Source of the DNA: Hydrolagus affinis
Lineage: Eukaryota
Length of the DNA: 64,000 nucleotides
Direction of reading: 5' to 3'
Assembly: GCA_012026655.1 (NCBI GenBank)
Contig: JAAILG010000176.1
Coordinates: 1-64,000 of the forward strand
Shown here in pieces: positions 53,415-64,000 of this stretch (positions are counted from its first letter, which is position 1; the number at the start of each line of letters is the position of its first letter). The position numbers and the translations under genes are program-made. The notes under the pieces are model-generated. The model saw only the letters and a list, made by a program, of their open reading frames with translations, had not been told where the DNA came from and made no database searches.

Positions 53415-53750
53415 AGGAAGGAATTGGGAAGGCTGGCAAGGGAGGAAGCAAAGTGAAGGGACTGTGGGATGGAGTTCCAGAGTGTGGGGGCAGAGAGGCT
53501 GAAAGCCCATCCACCAATGGTAGGGCCGGTCGGGCAGGTGACATGGAGCAGACCGGAGTCTGTTGAATGGACAGGGTTAGGCAGGTTCATAGGGAGTCAG
53601 CGGGTCAGAGAGATAGGAGGGGGCAAGACCGTGAATGGTCTTGAAAGTGAGGATGAGGATCTTGAATTCGATCTTCTGAGAGATGGGGAGCCAATAGAGC
53701 CAGGCGAGGGTGGGAGTGATGTGACTGTGGAGCTTGGTGCGGGACATAGG
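53415..53750 (-). mobile_element. L2 ORF2 C-terminal fragment
   Basis: HITPTLAWLYWLPISQKIEFKILILTFKTIHGLAPSYLSD and GGWAFSLSAPTLWNSIP on the minus strand. Confidence 0.88.
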
Positions 53751-55139
53751 CTTTGAAACCCACAACTTTTTGCTTCAAAGGTGAGAGTGCCAGCAACTGA
53801 GGTATCGGCTGACACGTAAATCAAGGCAACATAAAAGGATGTTTTTACTGCATCATTTTACCTTGTGAATTATTAAGGGTATAGCTTCCTTCATGCAGCT
53901 CTGTGTTTCACTGTGTGACATGCATCACCTTCTCAGAAATGTATAGACATTGCCAGCAGATGGGATAATGGTTTGTTAGCATCTGCTCCAAGTGTTTGTG
54001 GAGTAATGTGACAGCTTAGCTGTTGTGATCAGTGCAGTTATACTTGTTGGTATTGTTCATATGGCACCTTCCGTGCATCAAAGCGTCGAGGTGAACTCTA
54101 GGTATTAGCATGTTTGATTTTCTACAAAGAGCAAAAGTAGTTCATTCCTTTGGGAAATGTTCCTATGAATTATGGAGTTGAATAATGGATAACAGCAAAA
54201 ATTTCAAGTTTGAAAAATAATGAAAGAGTACAGGTGATGTCATTGACTCAATCTGAACTAGATTATGGTCTTTAAATTACTTCTATCTGTTATTTCCTTG
54301 GTGCGGACATGATTGCAGTCTTTATGAAACACTTCCCTCCATCTGTTATTTATGCTGGTCATCTCTTCCGAGACGCTGTTTAGAAGCTACGGATATGGTT
54401 GTCCTTGGTATATGATGATTGTGTTTCCTTTATGTTTGCTGCAGTTATCTGTCTGTTGTCGGCTTATTTCTCACTGGTAGAAAACCCATGCGTTTACATT
54501 GCACATTGGTTGCCAAAATCCCAGCCATGCGGCACCAGTATTCCCACTGCAGCCACCTGGAGGTGCTCTAATGTGCTGCAGTACATTCCCAGCAGCTAAC
54601 AATTGCACTGGGCTTGCTCACATCATTATGTCCAGTCAATCCTAATTATACTGAGGCTTGTCCTACCTACAGTATCTTTTGAGAGGCAAGGAGAGTGACC
54701 ATTGCAAACCGCTGTCATGGCAAAGCTGAGAGACTGGGTGTTGATTTTTCAGAAACAATGGCAGCTAAGACCAACAAGACAGACAGTGTTAATCAGAGCT
54801 TTCTCATTAATTACTAGGATTGAATGGAGTATTTTTTATGAGGCTTTTTTCAGTGTGAAATGTTCTGGGCAAGCTTGTTGTACTTCTATCCTCTTATTTT
54901 TTGTCAATGAACACGACAAGCAAATTAACTTGTTTTTAAATGTTGAATTCTATTCAGTCCATTTTTATCTGCTTCTAAGTCAACATTTACCCCCTGCATA
55001 TGATTTTTATTTTGTTTTTTTATATAAAAACAAAATGTAGAAAATGACACCCAGTGACAGCCTGGCTGAATAAAACTGAGCATAAAATAGTGATAGCTTT
55101 ATTGTGATTGATGTCACAAGGTCACTTTAATGAGAGCCT

Positions 55140-55399
55140 TACTCCACACACTCTGGATACCTAGCAGTAAGTAGGAACCTGGTTGTAAGTCGATTGGCGG
55201 ATTGCTTTAATGGGGTAATAATTCCTTTAAAAAAAATGGGTTACTTCAATCCACGGCTGTTTATGGGACATTGCTCAATTGACTGCTACATTTTGCCCAC
55301 AAAGTACAGTCGACTTACTTCACAGTATATTCTGTAAAGCGCTTTGAGACATCTCGAGGATGTGATAAGGTGCTATATCAGTTGCAAGGATTATTATTG
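55140..55399 (+). mobile_element. SINE, variant subfamily
   Basis: tacctagcagtaagtaggaacctggtt segment followed by the standard body and (att)n tail. Confidence 0.7.
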
Positions 55400-58300
55400 T
55401 GTGTGTGTGCACAGGCTGACAGTTCTTTGTTGCTTTTCAGTGCCTTTTATATGCATGATACATTGGCTTTGCTTGCAAGGGAGAAAATTCCTACATATTA
55501 GGGTTGAGGGAGCATATGTAAATCTTATGATTAATAATGTATAGATAATAATGTATGGAGTGGTTGCAGCGTGTATAGTTGTTGTTCTTCTGAATGTGCC
55601 AGAAATACCATGATTAATCTGATGTAAAGTTTTAAATTGTCATGTTCTAGCACGGAACATTATAATGCATGATGAATAAGCATCGAGTTTTGGGTAAACA
55701 AAGTACTCAATTTGTGTATGTATGTTTTATTTGCTCAGGGTGAGACTCTGGGTGGGTTTTCTATGTAAATTTGATTTTACTGATTCTAAACACGCATGAA
55801 TGAACACAGAAAGCGGATGATGCTCTGAGTACAGCACCAGTCTAAACCCAACATTATAGATAAAGGAGTCTTGCTTTAGGTATTAAGGCATTTTGTCAGT
55901 TAATGAGTGACTACCACAGAGATTTATGATCTGGCTGTAAGATTGCCGTTTTCTGACTAACCACAAGGTAATTTACTGTCAATGGTAAGTTAAAGCCATT
56001 GAATGAAAAACTAAATGACATTATGTAAATGTAGCCCTTTAATAACTGTTAATGAGCCGCTTGACCTTTGTTAATGAATATGGCTCATTGCATAAAGGTG
56101 ATAAAGTGCAGAAAATAACATTTAAACCCAAGGTTACGGGAATCGATTCGGTGTTTCACAAAGAAAGAATTTGCATACATTGGTCCAACAATTTCTGAAA
56201 GAGTTTAGTCTCGGATGCTCAGTGCAACTGGAGTTGCGCGTTATTATAAAAGGCAACCGAATGACCTTGAAATGATAACCTCTTTCGTAAGGAACTCGAG
56301 GAATGCATGAGTGGAGATGTGCTAACCAGGATAAAAATGTGCCACTGAATGGAGAGCATCCCTAATTTTAGGAATCTATTTTCTCTTAGCAAAGACCATA
56401 ACAATCTCTTCTCAGGATAAATGGTAAGCTTCGTCACCTCTTTGTATGGCTGAGGATATGTCCTCGGGTATCAACTCAGCTTAGGGAGTACAGTTATATA
56501 CAGTAATAGCATATGGCCCACATGGAAAACTTTTATTTACTAATCTGAAATGGGTGTCAGAATGGTGTTGTGCGGTGTGTAAATATTCCCTGTGACCATG
56601 TTCTCCGCTTATTTTGACGTTTACAATGGAATCAATTGTCATGTCTTCCCTGATTATTATGGGTTTTAACATTTTGTTTTGGTGTAAATTTTATCCCGAG
56701 CAAAACATACAGGGTGCCCATGAAGTGCTTTTACACCCCTGTTATATAACAGCGATATGAGATATGATGGAGCAGCTCAAACAAGCTGTCAGAGAAGCAT
56801 TTTGTCTTGTAATTCTATCATGTTATGGAAGATTTAGCGCCCCCAACATGTTACCAGATCATTAATTGCCATGAAAATAATGGGGCTCACCCCGATCCTC
56901 TGGGCATCTAAATCCAGTTAACCACTTGTACTCAATACAATTAAGTGCTTCCAAATACAACTAGCATCATTCTTTCACATGTTCCAGTTGTTGGTCAGTG
57001 TGCCATAGAGAGAGAAAAAAAGGAAGTAACAAGTCTTTGTGAATACTCTGTTGTTTCTGTTGCACATGGATCCATTTAGGGTTAGTGTTGTTGTGTGACA
57101 GTGTTGACTGTGACAGAATCTATCTCTGGAATTTCCATATGTCAGTTTGGTGCTCTTAAGCACGGTGATCGGTTTCCACGTGTCCCAGCTGACCCCCCCA
57201 CCAGCCAAAAAATGTTGACTGTCCACTGATCATCAGTGCATTGATTATCAATGTACAGAGATGAGGAGTTTTGGATGGAGGGACAGGTACTGTATATAGT
57301 TTGTGGAACTTTGGCAGTGTTGTTACATTCTGGCAACATTCAGGGATATTTAAACGTTTGTACAAAAGGTTTTCTTCACCACAGGAAACCCTTATCCTGA
57401 TGTGGTCCATAGGGAACAGTGTTGATACTGGAATCAATATCAACTTACAACCTTAGGAAATGTATTTCCCTTGTGCAAGAAAAAGTTGATCTGAAGAACA
57501 TAGTTATTTATGTTTTTAAAAATTCCACTCAATAAATGTATACAATTGAGAAAATAATACTTTTTAGTTGCTTCCATCATCGGGGGAGAGACTGATAAGA
57601 AGGACTGGACTTTAAGGAATCGTTGTCGTTGCCTTCAAGGTTTATCTGGACTATATCAACCGAACGTAATGGACAGCAACAGAGGCCAGATGAATTGAAA
57701 TCAAAGGCTAAAATTCCATCATATTGCTGTGATTTGAAACCGAGTCTTTCCGAGGAGCCCTGTTACAGGGAATGTGAATTCTATTTCTCTTCAAATGGAC
57801 ACCTGATTACTTGTTGCTGTTGAATCACCGTCAAATACAGACGTGTAATCGAGCGAAGAACCCCAGAAAGCAAAAGCTTGCATTTCAACAACTCTTCATG
57901 CCAAAAGTACACAGGTTGCTTATGGCACATTTTAAACCTGCCGAATTACTCAGTATTATCCTTCGCCTACTGTGTTTCAAAAATCCATTAAAACCTAATC
58001 TTTACAACTTTAAAGGTGTCAGCTGCAAAACAACCGAGCGCTGAATCAGTGTGGAACATAAGAGGTATTATTGAAAAGATAATGGCAACCATATGTACAA
58101 TCCGAGTGTAACGTAAGTTCTATCAGATTCATTCTTTAAATGAAAAGAACTCAAGGTCATAGTAACATTATTTTCACTCTAGCGTGTGCGTGCGTCATTT
58201 TCTCTCTACCCCTGCATTAAACCAAAACAGAAGTTTACTCTGTACAAGGAGCGAGTGTGATTTTACACCTACCCTCCTACACTGCCTTGCCCAGGACATA

Positions 58301-59659
58301 AAAAGCACCAACAGAATCAGTTTAGTTTTTATCTGATGGAAAGGAAAACAGATCTATACAGCTGCAGTAAGTGATTCTGACACAAAATACGATTGGAACT
58401 TGCTGAGATCCTTGCTGTAAGTCGCCAAAGCTAGATAGAGTGTCAAGTGTGCTGAACCTGCGCGAAGAGTAACTTTTTATCACAATTACCTCATCGCGAA
58501 AGGCACACACTGAGGATTGTAAGTCGGTCAGTTGTATAACTCGTGGGTTGTTATGAGTATAACAAAGGAATAGAAGATACACAGTAGACTCGTGAATTAT
58601 TGATGCATTTGAGTAGTACAATGCTAAATCTGTATGCTCACATTATTTATGTTTTCATGGCGTAGATGCAGTTCTTTCTTTGGGGTTACTCACAGAGGTC
58701 AAGAAATGCAGGATTTATTCAAGTTTACTGTATTTTTAGCACCATGCCCTCCCAACATTTTCAATTTCAGTGCTGAAGTTTCTGAAATATCTTTTAACTC
58801 ATTCAAATCTTTCAAACCTGTTGAGACGTAGCTTAATGGGCTTAAGTTTGCAACAACACATAATGGATTGACTTAAGTGAATGGGAGTGGTGAGCTGTCT
58901 ACCATTCTTCAACTAAATGACACGTCCTCTTTTTTGTTCACAAATTCATGCCCCCACCCCCCCCCCCCACCCCCACCCCGTGGCTATTTGTGTGATTTTG
59001 ATGTGCAGAATGGCTGCCATGCTCGACAGCATTTGCTGAAGCATTCTTTGAGAGAATTTTTGTTGTGTTGTTGATAAGATGCTGCACAAAATATACGCAA
59101 TGTATTTTAGTAAGAGGCATTCGAGCACTTATTACAGATTTGACACTGTGACCCGAACTGTTTCACAAAATGCTCCAGTTTCACCCAATCAGTCCCCACT
59201 CCTCACAAAAGGAACTTCCACTTCCAACTCCAGCTCATTTGCACTTAATTAAGGAGAGTCAGTGAGTGCACCAATTTCCAAATGTTGACCTCCCACTGTT
59301 TGTAAAGTTGATTTTTTTTGTGTGTGTGCCAGGACTGTGAAGTCGATCGGGCTCTGCTACCCAATTAAAATTGATAGGAGAACATTGTATTACTTATTGA
59401 AAACGACACTTTGAATACTGAGCTGTCAGAGCACAACATTTGGGTTCAAGGTCCATTTTTGTGCCTTGCATGACACTGTGTTACTATGATGCTGTGCAAG
59501 CCCAGGTTTATTTGAATTGGATTGTATTAGTCAGCAAACAGAAACGGGAACAATTAAAACCGAGGAAATGTTTTCAAAGATGCACAGGATTGGAACATTT
59601 CAGCTGCTGGATAATGTCCTAAGACTCCTATCTGATGCATGCATGGTTCTATATTGGTT

Positions 59660-59730
59660 TGAAGCGCCTTGGGATGTCTTCCTGTTGTGAAAGGCGCTAT
59701 ACGAGTGTAATTTTGTTGTTGTTGTTATTG
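59660..59730 (+). mobile_element. L2 3' terminal fragment
   Basis: gaagcgccttgggatgtcttcctgttgtgaaaggcgctatacgagtgtaatt(ttg)n. Confidence 0.7.
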
Positions 59731-60398
59731 GTGCCTCGTAAAATAAAAGTGTCAATGGGTGAGCTTGCATTCATTTTGGCTTTGCTCTGGGACTCCAACC
59801 GATTCAAACCTCCTTTCCCACTATCAGACGTACCTCTTTGTCTGTGTGATCTCCTTCCATTTCCACCGCCACCCCACCACCCAACCACCCTCCACCCTCC
59901 TTATCCTTTTAAGCTACCTGCCACCCTTCCCCGGATTGGGTGCCCAGTCAGCAATGTACATTACTTTGAGACTTCCCCCAATGTGAAAGGCACAATGTAA
60001 ACGTGAATTGTTTGTCTCGTTTTTCATCAAAAGAATACTCCTTGTGGTTGGTATGGCACCGATCACATAAACATATCGACAGCACTTCACAGCACGTTGA
60101 TGAGACCAATGATTCATTGTTGTAAATTGCAATTTATCGCAATTTGTAATTGACTTATTGATTGTTGCGTTAATTAACAAACCCCACGGTAAATTAACTG
60201 TTGTTTCTCTACGTGATGAATCTGCTGTCAATCAAGTAAATGAGAATCTGCCCACAATAGAAAGGAGAGTGGCAACAGTTGATGGGTTGCATAGTAAAGT
60301 GATCCGTTTTGGATGCCGGTTGCGAAACCATTGCCGTGCATTTAAGTCCGCAAAGCGGGACACGATCGCTCAAGTGCAATATTTCCTTTTCCTCCCAG

Positions 60399-60592
60399 AT
60401 ATTGACGAATGTGTCACCGGAATGCACAGCTGCTGGAACGACTCTGTCTGTGTGAACTTGGAAGGTGGGTTTGACTGCCGGTGTCCGTACGGAGAGCATT
60501 GCACAGGCGACTGCCCCCACGACGGAGGGCTGAAACACAATGGACAGGTCTGGACTCTTACCGACGACCGCTGCTCCGTCTGCTCATGTCAG
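60399..60592 (+). CDS. NELL1: NELL1 exon, cbEGF plus VWC start: (D)IDECVTGMHSCWNDSVCVNLEGGFDCRCPYGEHCTGDCPHDGGLKHNGQVWTLTDDRCSVCSCQ
   Basis: Acceptor ttccttttcctcccag, donor CAG|gtaagt, 194 nt, phase 1-0. Confidence 0.95.
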
Positions 60593-60694
60593 GTAAGTGC
60601 CTGCATTCCACGTGGCGTTATTGTAATTGGCAATGGGGGAGTTTCTTTATGTAAGTGTGTTGCCCTTCTATGCCAATGCCCACCATATTCTGCT

Positions 60695-60830
60695 AGGCGC
60701 AATTGCCTGCCGTGTTTCTCCCACGGTTCACGTTACAGTATATTTTGTGAAGCGATTTGAGACGTCTCGAGACGTGATAAGGCGCTATATCAAATGCAAG
60801 GTTTTTTTTATTATTGTAATTATTATTATC
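60695..60830 (+). mobile_element. SINE 3' fragment in the 548-nt intron
   Basis: gcgcaattgcctgccg...ttgtgaagcgatttgagacgtc...gcgctatatcaaatgcaagg (att)n. Confidence 0.75.
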
Positions 60831-61140
60831 ATTCAGACAATGGCAACGCCAATGTGGTACAAATAGAATTCCTCAGCAACGAAGACTCTGGACTGAGCTT
60901 TGGTCATGCACGTTTAGAAAAACAAGTTCCCAATGTTTCCCAAATTATACTCCATTTCGGCCTCTATTGAAAGATTTTGAGATTGCTCAAAAATGGAGAA
61001 TATTTCTCATTTCATTCTCTTTTTAGAAGCGAGTTTCTCCATAGTTTACCAAAGGGTCCAGCTTACACACGAAGGAAGACGGAACTTAAGAATTGGATGG
61101 CTCCTCCTCTGACTGAAAAGTTCCTGTTTTCTCCTAACAG

Positions 61141-61317
61141 GATGGGAAGATTTTCTGCAGAAGGACAGCGTGTGACTGTCGCAACACCAATGTGGATCTC
61201 TTCTGCTGTCCTGAGTGCGACACCAGAGAGACCAGCCAATGCCTGCACCAGAATGGCCATTTGGTGTACCGCAGTGGTGACCTCTGGACCTACAGCTGCC
61301 AGCAGTGCCGGTGCCTG
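61141..61317 (+). CDS. NELL1: NELL1 exon, VWC: DGKIFCRRTACDCRNTNVDLFCCPECDTRETSQCLHQNGHLVYRSGDLWTYSCQQCRCL
   Basis: Acceptor ttttctcctaacag, donor CTG|gtaagt, 177 nt, phase 0-0. Confidence 0.95.
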
Positions 61318-61435
61318 GTAAGTCAATGCATTCCTGATACAAACCACAAGTTGACAGATAGGAATGCTTACCTCACCCTGCCTGACAGATCTGGAAGAAT
61401 AGAAGCCTTTGGGTTAGCTCAGACAAGGGTCGTGC

Positions 61436-61550
61436 AATACAATACAAAATTACATTCAGGTCGGGAGGACATCCCAAGGTTCTGGACATTGTGGGGTTGG
61501 GTTAAGGGAGGGTGGAGGGCAGAGAAGATACGAGGGTGGCTGAAGGCACA
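61436..61550 (-). mobile_element. L2 3' fragment
   Basis: acaaaattacatt..gtcgggaggacatcccaagg...ggctgaaggcac, similar to 13365-13510. Confidence 0.6.
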
Positions 61551-62756
61551 CTTCTTAATACAATCAATTTAGTTAATTTCACCAATTAACCTGAGTTGCC
61601 AAGTTGGTGAAAGTTTCCTATGTACCGGGTTTCTCTCCACAGGGAAAGTATGAATAGCTGAATTCTGTAATTATCTGTGCTCATTCAAACCTCTTTATCC
61701 AACTCTTAGTATTCCTGAAATTAGTTTTATGTTAGATATATTTATGCAGAGTATCTAGGTTGAGTTTGAGTCTATTTGAGGGAAGAAAAGTTCCTAAAGT
61801 GTTGTGTATAAAAAAATCAATATATTGTATTAATAATGTACTAAGTGTTTAGCAAACATTGTTATTGTTTAAGGGGGAATGAGATCCGTAATTGTGTGCA
61901 AATGATTTCAACCCATTCACCATTATCGTGTACGAGCTTCGCAAACAAATGAAAAGACCGAAGACTTTTACCCCCTCCTTAAAAACCGCCTCATTATCCA
62001 CTTGAAATGTCAAGCACATTAGAACCCATTTGAAGGTCAAGTAGCAAACTTATGTTTACTTCAAAAATTATCGTGACAACAATGCTTTTGCTGTTGTGTG
62101 TTTTTTTAAAAAAAAAATTCACCTTCTTTCCTGACTTCATTAAATTGACAGCACTCTGGATGAAGCATCCATCTTCTGGAAGTGTTGTTACAAATGCAAA
62201 GTCCAGTACCTGCGGTCACAGCTTTGTAGCTACTCTACGAAGACTGGCAATGCTGCAACTGAACTTGAACGATGTACCAAAAGAATCGCACAGTGGTGGG
62301 AAACTCATCAACTTTGCATTCCTCATTCAGATAGTTTTAACCGGTTCTTAGCTTGGTTTGCTGGATGCTGTTCCACACCAAATCCCTGTTCCCTGCAATG
62401 TTCTAGTGTGTGGAGGGTGTGGTGGGAGGTATAAGAAAGCCCACGAGTTGCTCTTTCCTTTGTTTGCGTTCCTCATGTTGCGGCAGCCTACTTTTCACTG
62501 CCAGCAACACTCTCTGTTTCATGATTGAGAGAATCATCGTCTTGATCCTGCCATAAATTCGGTTGATCAGATCGCGAATAAGTTCTGTTACCGGCAATCC
62601 TACCCCCTTGATCCTGAACACGTATTTGCAATGGATGTCTCTTGGAAGAGATGTGATGTATAGATCGGTGTCTAGCTTTCAGATTTCGACTGGCTTTGGG
62701 TGTGTGAAATTGCACCATGTCTAAGTGCACTCACTGTCTGTGTGTTAATGGTGTAG

Positions 62757-62981
62757 CAGGGAGAAGTGGATTGCTGGCCTTTAACCTGTCCGACTCTCAG
62801 CTGCGAGTACACAACCATCCCAGAGGGAGAATGCTGCCCACAATGCGTCAGTGATCCCTGCTTAGCTGACAACATGGTCTATGATATCCGTCAGACTTGT
62901 ATAGACAACCATGGAATAACACGGCTCAGTGGCTCTATATGGACCATGCCTGGATCCCCCTGCACTACTTGTAAATGCAAG
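62757..62981 (+). CDS. NELL1: NELL1 exon, VWC: QGEVDCWPLTCPTLSCEYTTIPEGECCPQCVSDPCLADNMVYDIRQTCIDNHGITRLSGSIWTMPGSPCTTCKCK
   Basis: Tandem acceptor gtgTAGCAG (start 62757 or 62760), donor AAG|gtactg, 225 nt, phase 0-0. Confidence 0.93.
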
Positions 62982-63382
62982 GTACTGTATGACATGAGCA
63001 ATCTTGTTGTCTGAATCGCAGCAGGTCTAAAGAGAGCACTTTTCTTCACGTTGTCACTTTTGGGAAAAAAAATCCAACCATTTGGGAGAAAGGAGTGTAT
63101 AAAACCTCATTAAAATGCATCGCGTTATCTAGCTTTTGCTGCTATTTCGCTGTGTCCCCTTAAAAATGTAATAGCTTTCTTATGTAAACTTGAAATGTAA
63201 CTAAGTAACATTAAAAATAGTAGCAGTCACTGGATGTTAAATGCAGGGTGTTAACTACAACTTACGCTTTGCATATCTTTCTAACATTCAGCTTCTGTTT
63301 TCCATTTTTGCATTGAAGGTTTCATTGAATAAGTGGAAAGTCACTTTAGTTCTTCGTCTTAAGACAAGTGTTTTATGATATA

Positions 63383-63560
63383 AATAATAATCTTTGCTTT
63401 TAATATAGCCCCTCATCACATCTTCGAGAAGTCTCAAAGAGCTTCACAGAATATACCCTAAAATTAATAAACAGTGGGCAGAATGCGGCAGCTAATTGTG
63501 CACAGCGATGTTTCCCCCCAACAATCGTGGATTGAGTGACCAAATTATTATTATTATTAA
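63383..63560 (-). mobile_element. SINE 3' fragment
   Basis: aataataatctttgc...gtctcaaagagcttcacagaatatac...gtggattgagtgaccaaatt. Confidence 0.75.
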
Positions 63561-64000
63561 GTTTTAGATTTCCCCCAGGAGGTTTTCTCAAACGTTTGCT
63601 GGGAAAATTCAGGCGCAGATGGAATTGATCAATTGATATGTCGTCATTTTCGGTCATTGCATAATAATGATATTTGAGAGTGCAGTTAGTGCAGTTTGGA
63701 TTTAGAATAAGCACCAGAATCAGCATCAGACTAGATTTTCTAACAGATTCTGCCATTTGACGTAATTCGCATACTTTTCCATTTATTTACTGTTTGAGGC
63801 ATACACCTTTTTTTGCCAATGCATGGTCTCCTCAGTCTTTCAGATCTTTGGTGAGTCCACAGCATTCACTGGACCACATTAACCTGATACATTGACAATG
63901 ACAATTCATTTATTACATGATTTTTCAATGTACTTTAATACCCCTTGATTCAAATTAGTATTCCCTGTGTTTGGAGTATAGCCAAAAACATTCATTTTGT

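Larger units (their letters stand above)
1843..62981 (+). other. NELL1: NELL1 gene, internal portion (6 exons; both ends outside the window)
   Basis: Six exons splice in frame at GT-AG sites. The translation matches recalled vertebrate NELL1 (DGKIFCRRTACDC, DLFCCPECDTR, SDPCLADN..YDIR, SGSIWTMPGSPCTTCKCK) better than NELL2. Exon lengths 123/96/141/194/177/225 equal my recollection of human exons 14-19. Confidence 0.93.

Noticed and set aside
60158-60760. 200-aa ORF as a stand-alone gene
   Set aside because: It is a NELL1 exon with stop-free intronic flanks and strong splice sites at 60399 and 60592.
1843-62981. Assignment as NELL2
   Set aside because: Diagnostic segments (DGKIFCRRTACDC, CDTR, SDPCLADN, SGSIWTMPGSPCTTCKCK) fit NELL1 as I recall it.
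921-63756. The many 60-150 aa ORFs in the track
   Set aside because: Apart from those overlapping NELL1 exons or L2 remnants, they have no recognisable domains. Recurrent peptides (LGTSSRRERRSINV, QSIHFTVYSVKRFE) are translations of repeat tails.
1-64000. A novel multi-gene or prokaryote-type system (operon, defence island, CRISPR array)
   Set aside because: This is eukaryotic intron-exon DNA. Repeats are dispersed retroposons, with no regular repeat-spacer period and no long ORFs.
62982-64000. NELL1 terminal exon
   Set aside because: No NGRVCCSVD-like coding segment was found; it is presumably downstream of the window.

Overview
AT-rich vertebrate genomic DNA, not prokaryotic. The window lies inside one + strand gene, NELL1 (neural EGF-like 1). 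It holds six internal coding exons (1843-1965, 24340-24435, 48920-49060, 60399-60592, 61141-61317, 62757-62981; 956 nt) encoding EGF/Ca-binding EGF repeats and C-terminal VWC domains. All five complete introns are GT-AG and frame-consistent (about 22.4, 24.5, 11.3, 0.55 and 1.4 kb). The start and terminal exons lie outside the window. Introns carry many tRNA-derived SINEs with (ATT)n tails, older Deu-domain SINEs, L2 LINE 3' fragments with (TTG)n tails, and CR1 and Penelope-like remnants. This repeat content suggests a cartilaginous fish such as Callorhinchus (inference). I found no evidence of a new multi-gene system. The most interesting signals are unusual splice acceptors, fold-back SINE hairpins, an L2/L2 junction with a templated inverted repeat, nested insertions and candidate conserved enhancers. 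Comparisons to human NELL1 and to repeat consensi are from memory and were not searched.
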